A stretch of DNA of 62,563 nt, counting the filler, from Pseudomonadota bacterium (GTDB lineage Bacteria; Desulfobacterota; Desulfobacteria; Desulfobacterales; JBDRRP01): the NCBI GenBank assembly GCA_043825735.1. It is 5 parts of 5 records of this genome, joined end to end, with 100 filler letters (N's around TTAATTAATTAA, not from the genome) between each part and the next. Parts side by side here need not be neighbours in the genome. Positions count along the whole stretch, not along the records: positions 55,179 to 62,563 come from JBDRRP010000082.1; 4 more parts are not named here. One strand, 5' to 3'. Position 1 is the stretch's first letter. Each line of letters begins with the position of its first letter. Made by a program: the position numbers and the translations under genes. Shown here in pieces: positions 58,042 through 62,563 of this stretch. The notes beneath the pieces were generated by a model that saw only the letters and a program-made list of their open reading frames with translations, searched no databases and had not been told where the DNA came from.

Positions 58042-61000
58042 TGGGTGCCGTTCCTTTCAAGGGAAACCCCCAGGGAATGCGCAATTTTATCCAGCGTCTC
58101 CCGGGCTTCTTCAAAATCAAAAAATCGAATCTGCGCCTCCATTTGGGACAGGGCTTCTGCAAACTCGTTTGCGGCCAGGCATTCTTGCAGGGGCGCGATG
58201 AACCTGACAGCAACGGCATCGCCTTCGCCGAGAAATTCAGCCAGTTGGACCATGAGGGGCCGGGCCTTGGCGCTGTCGCTGGCAACCGGCTGCCCGGCAC
58301 CTGATTGGCCCGCTGACCCACCGGCCGGCTTTACCTTGATACTTCCCCCCGCTTTGATCACGGTGGCGAGATCCCTTTCAAAGGCCTGGAAACAATCCGG
58401 GTGGTCCTCTGCATCGGTGTGCAGACTCCAATGCTCCAGATCGCCGGCACAGCGATACAGTTCCAGCGCACCGAGGTTGCCGGCCACCCCCTTGATGGCA
58501 TGCGCGATCCGGGTGACCTGCTCCCGGTTGCCGGCTTGCAGGGCGGTTTTAATTTCCGTGACAACATCAGCGTACTTGGTACAAAAGTCGTGTACCAGTT
58601 TACTGAAAAGCGCCCGGTTGCCTCCGACACGCCTTAGCCCGAATTCTATATCGAAGCCGGGCAAAGCGCCGGGCAGGGCCTCAAATCCCCCGGTCAGGGG
58701 CTTCTCGGCGTCATCTCCGGCAATTTCCGCCAGGGCCCGCTTTTTGATTCCCGGTTTTATCCAACGGTCCAGGGCCGCGTGCAATTCATCCGGGTCCACC
58801 GGCTTGGTGATGAAGTCATCCATGCCGCCGGCAAGACACTTTTCCCGTTGGCCGCCCATGGCATGGGCCGTCATGGCGATAACCGGCAGGTTGCAAAAAC
58901 GCGGGTCTTCCCGGATACGGCGAGTGGCTTCGAAACCGTCCATTTCCGGCATCTGCAGATCCATTAAAACCGCGTCAAATTGCTGCTCGGGATCAGCTGC
59001 CGCCAACAGGTCCAGCGCCACCTGGCCGTTGTCTGCCGGGGTTACCGCCAGTCCCTCCTGGTGCAGCAGCTCCATGGCCACCTGCTGGTTGATTTCGTTG
59101 TCTTCCACCAGCAGGATGCGGGCACCTTCAATGTGCCGCAGGGATTGGGCTTTGGCCTTCTTCTGGACCAGCGGCCGGGGCGCCCCGACTGTTGGACGGC
59201 CGAGGGTGTCCATGATGGTGTCAAAGAGCACCGACTGGTTCACGGGCTTGACCAGAAATGCATCCAGGCCGACCTTTTCGGCCTGCTGGATAATCTCCTC
59301 ACGGCCGTAGGCCGTCACCATGAGTACGGCCGGCACTGATTTAAGGTTACGGCTGGCCTTGATCTGGCGGGCGGCTTCAATACCGTCCATCCCGGGCATT
59401 TTCCAGTCCATCAGGACCAGTTCGTATGGGTTGTCCCTGTCGGCGGAATCCAACTCCATCAACGCTTCCTGTCCCGAGGCGGCCTGGGTTACGTCAAATG
59501 AAAAGGCGGCCAGGGTTTCGCTGAGAATTTCGCGGCTGGTGGCATTGTCGTCCACCACCAGCACCCGCATTCCCGTGCATTCGAGCGGTGCCACCAGCGA
59601 TTTTTCAGTTTCCGGGGTACGGGTGCCGAAACGCGCTGTAAAGGTGAACGTGCTCCCCTCACCCGGTTTGCTGGCAACCGAAATCCCACCGCCCATCAAC
59701 TCGGTCAGGTGTTTGGAAATGGCCAGGCCCAAGCCGGTACCGCCGTATTTGCGGGTAGTGGAACCATCGGCCTGGGTAAAAGGCTGGAAAAGCCGTTCGA
59801 TCTGTTCCGGGGTAAGGCCGATGCCTGTGTCGCGTACCGTAAAAGAGAGCGTGACCAGGGACGAACCTTCCGAAGCGCGTCCGGGCGCAAGCTTTACCGA
59901 CACGACAATCTCCCCGCTCTCGGTAAATTTTACGGCATTGCCGGTCAGGTTGATGAGCACCTGACCCAAACGCAGGGGATCACCCACCAGGTTCACCGGG
60001 ACATGCCGGTCGATGCTGAACAGGACTTCAAGCCCCTTTTCTTGAGCTTTGAGGCTGATCATGCTGGAAAGATTTTCAAGGACTTCTTCGAGGTTGAAAT
60101 CGGTATATTCGATCTCCAACCGACCAGACTCAATTTTCGAAAAATCCAGGATATCGTTGATGATGCCCAGCAGGCTGCGACTTGAAATCTGCACCTTGCG
60201 CAGGTATTCTTTTTGTTTTTCCGTCAATTCTGTGCGCAGCATCAGCTCGGTCAGCCCCATAATAGCGTTCATAGGGGTTCGGATCTCGTGGCTCATGTTG
60301 GCCAGAAATTCGCTTTTGGCCCGGGTGGCCGCCTCGGCTGACTCCCGTTTCTTGAGCGCTTCTTCAGCTTTCTTGCGCAACGTGATGTCGCGGTGAATCA
60401 CGATCAGGCCGGCCAGTTGTCCCTGCACATCCTTGAAAACGGCACTTTTCAGCTGAACATCCAGCAAGCGGCCATCCCGGGTCAACCGCTGGGCTTCATA
60501 GAGGACATTTTCCCCGGCCAGCGTTTTTTCGACTGCGCTGCGGGCCTTTTCCAATTCGTGGGGCGGCACATTGTCCATGCGATTGGCTATAAGTTTCTTT
60601 AATGGCCAGCCGTAGGTCTTTTCAAAAGCCGGGTTGGCGTAGGTGACCCGGCCTTGGGCATCATACACCACGACCGCGTCAGGCGAAGCTTCCATCAGGA
60701 GCCGATACCGCTTTTCACTTTCCTGCATGGCAATTGCCATGCGCTTGCTTGCGGTTACGTCCCGCAGGGCCACCACGCTGCCGATCATATGCCCGTCACG
60801 ATCGATGATGGTAGACGAGTAACCCTCGACATCCAAAATGCGGCCTTCCTTGGTAAGACGCCGGGTTTCCATGGACACTATCTTTTCGCCCCGTTTGACC
60901 CTTTTCACCGCTTCCAGGGTTTCGGGTATATTTTCCTTCGGCACAAAATGAATTTCACGCCCGCTCAATTCCTCCAGGCTCCAACCAAACACGCGGGTAA

Positions 61001-61193
61001 AGCCGGGATTCAGGTAGGTAACCTTGCCCTCCAGGTCGTAAACGATAACGGGGTCCGGGGCCGCTTCCAGTACCGCCCGGTAGCGGTTTTCGCTCTCGTG
61101 CCGGGCCATATCAGCCGCTTTCAGTTCACGAACCTCTTGCCGGAGCCGCTCAATTTCCTTTTCCAGCGCTTCCCTGTTGGATGCATGGCTCAT
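58038..61193 (-). CDS. Hybrid sensor kinase PAS-PAS-HisKA-HATPase-REC-REC-Hpt
   Basis: Two PAS domains, NMSHEIRTPMN, TRKYGGTGLGL, two receivers, AHAIKGVAGNLGA Hpt. Confidence 0.92.
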   Translation of the reverse strand: MSHASNREALEKEIERLRQEVRELKAADMARHESENRYRAVLEAAPDPVIVYDLEGKVTYLNPGFTRVFGWSLEELSGREIHFVPKENIPETLEAVKRVKRGEKIVSMETRRLTKEGRILDVEGYSSTIIDRDGHMIGSVVALRDVTASKRMAIAMQESEKRYRLLMEASPDAVVVYDAQGRVTYANPAFEKTYGWPLKKLIANRMDNVPPHELEKARSAVEKTLAGENVLYEAQRLTRDGRLLDVQLKSAVFKDVQGQLAGLIVIHRDITLRKKAEEALKKRESAEAATRAKSEFLANMSHEIRTPMNAIMGLTELMLRTELTEKQKEYLRKVQISSRSLLGIINDILDFSKIESGRLEIEYTDFNLEEVLENLSSMISLKAQEKGLEVLFSIDRHVPVNLVGDPLRLGQVLINLTGNAVKFTESGEIVVSVKLAPGRASEGSSLVTLSFTVRDTGIGLTPEQIERLFQPFTQADGSTTRKYGGTGLGLAISKHLTELMGGGISVASKPGEGSTFTFTARFGTRTPETEKSLVAPLECTGMRVLVVDDNATSREILSETLAAFSFDVTQAASGQEALMELDSADRDNPYELVLMDWKMPGMDGIEAARQIKASRNLKSVPAVLMVTAYGREEIIQQAEKVGLDAFLVKPVNQSVLFDTIMDTLGRPTVGAPRPLVQKKAKAQSLRHIEGARILLVEDNEINQQVAMELLHQEGLAVTPADNGQVALDLLAAADPEQQFDAVLMDLQMPEMDGFEATRRIREDPRFCNLPVIAMTAHAMGGQREKCLAGGMDDFITKPVDPDELHAALDRWIKPGIKKRALAEIAGDDAEKPLTGGFEALPGALPGFDIEFGLRRVGGNRALFSKLVHDFCTKYADVVTEIKTALQAGNREQVTRIAHAIKGVAGNLGALELYRCAGDLEHWSLHTDAEDHPDCFQAFERDLATVIKAGGSIKVKPAGGSAGQSGAGQPVASDSAKARPLMVQLAEFLGEGDAVAVRFIAPLQECLAANEFAEALSQMEAQIRFFDFEEARETLDKIAHSLGVSLERNGTQ

Positions 61194-61455
61194 GTCATTA
61201 CCTTCGGATGGTAGGTTGTAAATGGAATCGGCCGGTGGCGTGGAGGCCTGAAGCCACAATCGCGTATGCGGTTTTGTTGATAAGAATTCCCTTTTCAGGG
61301 GGGGGCGCAAGAAGGGAATTGCCGAATTGTGTTTCTATTTAATGTGTGCCCCAAAATGTAGCGGGTCCCAAAACCGTTCAGCGACCAGCGTCCGGCCGTC
61401 CTCTTTCAAGCAGAGTAACTATGGACGTCCCTCTCCCCCCAACCGCGGTACTATG

Positions 61456-61578
61456 TCATTTTTTCTTATCTGAAACGATTGCATCCAAGGCGGGGATCAA
61501 AGGCTGGAGTTCCAGACGGATGGTATCCACGGCCTCAAGGATATCATAAATTCGCAGGGCCCAGTCTCTAGGCGGCAC
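61456..61578 (-). pseudogene. HepT/DUF86 toxin remnant with an internal in-frame deletion
   Basis: MPPRDWALRIYDILEAV fused to DTIRLELQPLIPAL; GTG start overlaps the MNT stop; no RX4H motif. Confidence 0.72.
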
Positions 61579-61864
61579 GGATGGCCTCCTTGAGAATGCT
61601 TTCCCTCAGGCGTTTGTGAAGCGCATCACGGGATACGAGATCTACGGGCCGGCCGATAATTTCCGAAAGAGTGCGTTGTAGCCGTGTAAATCCGAACAGG
61701 CCAATCGATGCATCTGGCTCAAAATCAACGATGATGTCTATATCGCTATCGTGGCCTGCGTCACCGCGAACCGCGGAACCGAACAAATACAGGGCGCTCA
61801 CATGATAAGGGGATAGTTTATCACGGCTCTTTTTCAATGCGTCCAGTACTGCTTTTTTATCCAT
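61568..61864 (-). CDS. Minimal nucleotidyltransferase (MNT) antitoxin
   Basis: LFGS..RG....SDIDI..DF, L..IIGRPVDLV. Confidence 0.88.
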   Translation of the reverse strand: MDKKAVLDALKKSRDKLSPYHVSALYLFGSAVRGDAGHDSDIDIIVDFEPDASIGLFGFTRLQRTLSEIIGRPVDLVSRDALHKRLRESILKEAIRAA

Positions 61865-61999
61865 TATTCGTTCCATATCGAAAGATATCGCCCATTTAAG
61901 CGTCAGGGTCAACTACCATTTCACCCGCGTAAAATGAGCAGCAAGGAAAGGCCTAATCCCTGGTTACGAGCTTCGGTCCAGCATGATTGCGGTAAGGAA

Positions 62000-62087
62000 T
62001 GGTGCCCGGGGCCGGAATTGAACCGGCACGGTGCTATGCACCGAGGGATTTTAAGTCCCTTGCGTCTACCTATTCCGCCACCCGGGC
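62000..62087 (-). tRNA. tRNA-Leu (anticodon TAA)
   Basis: GCCCGGG acceptor stem, AGGGA-CTTAAAA-TCCCT anticodon arm, long variable arm, GGTTCAATTCC T-arm, encoded CCA. Confidence 0.96.
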
Positions 62088-62200
62088 TCGTAAGCTATAA
62101 GCGGCAGATTTCATTACAGATATCTCCGCTTTTTTAATTACCACCGCTCTTACTGTTTGTAAGTAATATGAGGATATTAGTTTACTTTTTCTCACAAAAG

Positions 62201-62337
62201 TGTTTACAGTATGCCAAATTCGTTTACAGTTTAATGATCTCAAAAGGTTGCGCGTTGCAGATGCCATCTTTTTGACCATCCCCAGGAAGCGAATTCGTTT
62301 ACAGTTCGTTTACAGTTCGATTACAGTTTGATTACAG
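62201..62337 (+). repeat. 11-bp direct repeats TT(C/T)G(T/A)TTACAG
   Basis: Four tandem units at 62294-62337, one full unit at 62219 and a partial unit at 62201. Confidence 0.8.
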
Positions 62338-62415
62338 TTTCAAGGCCGCTGGCCGCCATCGCAATCAGTCGCCCAGAACTCATTAATCTAACAGAAAACC
62401 GGAAGGAATTGCAAG

Positions 62416-62563
62416 ATGTTGCTCGATAACAAGGGCCAGTTCATTCGTCACTACAAAATGCCTGAGACCGACGCGGAAAAGGAAAGTTTCAACACGAACC
62501 CTCTGGGCTGGTACAAGGCGCAGCTAAACGAAGCCTTCCACCAGGATCCCCTGGCCCACCAGG
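62416..62563 (+). CDS. Hypothetical protein, truncated by the window end
   Basis: GGAAGGA RBS + ATG, frame open to the end. Confidence 0.4.
   Translation, partial: MLLDNKGQFIRHYKMPETDAEKESFNTNPLGWYKAQLNEAFHQDPLAHQ

Larger units (their letters stand above)
56709..62029. mobile_element. tRNA-Leu-integrated genomic islet without an integrase
   Basis: Bounded by a 30-bp exact direct repeat of the tRNA 3' end. Confidence 0.82.

Noticed and set aside
57613..59310. 565-aa + strand ORF
   Set aside because: Antisense to two well-supported kinase genes; no motifs.

Overview
The window is five assembled contigs joined by artificial 100-nt N/TTAATTAATTAA linkers (17016-17115, 35684-35783, 47726-47825, 55079-55178), so adjacency across linkers means nothing. 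Gene content points to an anaerobic deltaproteobacterium, probably Desulfobacterales-like (inference). Contig 1 holds a GC-rich sigma54-controlled acetoin/2-oxoacid dehydrogenase operon with a Liv-type ABC transporter, VOC and SDR genes. It is divergent from lipA-[AT-rich ThDP enzyme]-acoR-lipB. Contig 2 holds hypF/hypD, a MacAB-TolC-type efflux operon with two frameshifts, thiD, a BamGHI/HydCB-like NADH module without a catalytic subunit, a thiE-thiL fusion and two-component genes. Contigs 3 and 4 look like two members of one mobile-element family. Both carry the same 39-bp putative recombination site on the left and the same ~790-bp MerR module on the right, with completely different cargo in between. 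Contig 3 cargo is a candidate anti-phage locus: TIR and an unknown gene in decayed attC-like cassettes, a HEPN-SNF2 helicase and a sacsin-like ATPase. It is preceded by small genes each led by a conserved G-U-rich hairpin. Contig 4 cargo is cheBR-PAS, next to a tyrosine integrase split at an A7 run, and the contig also has a c-di-GMP-I riboswitch. Contig 5 holds tRNA-Leu(TAA) with a 5.3-kb integrase-less islet bounded by a 30-bp direct repeat. All calls come from reading motifs by eye; no database searches were run.
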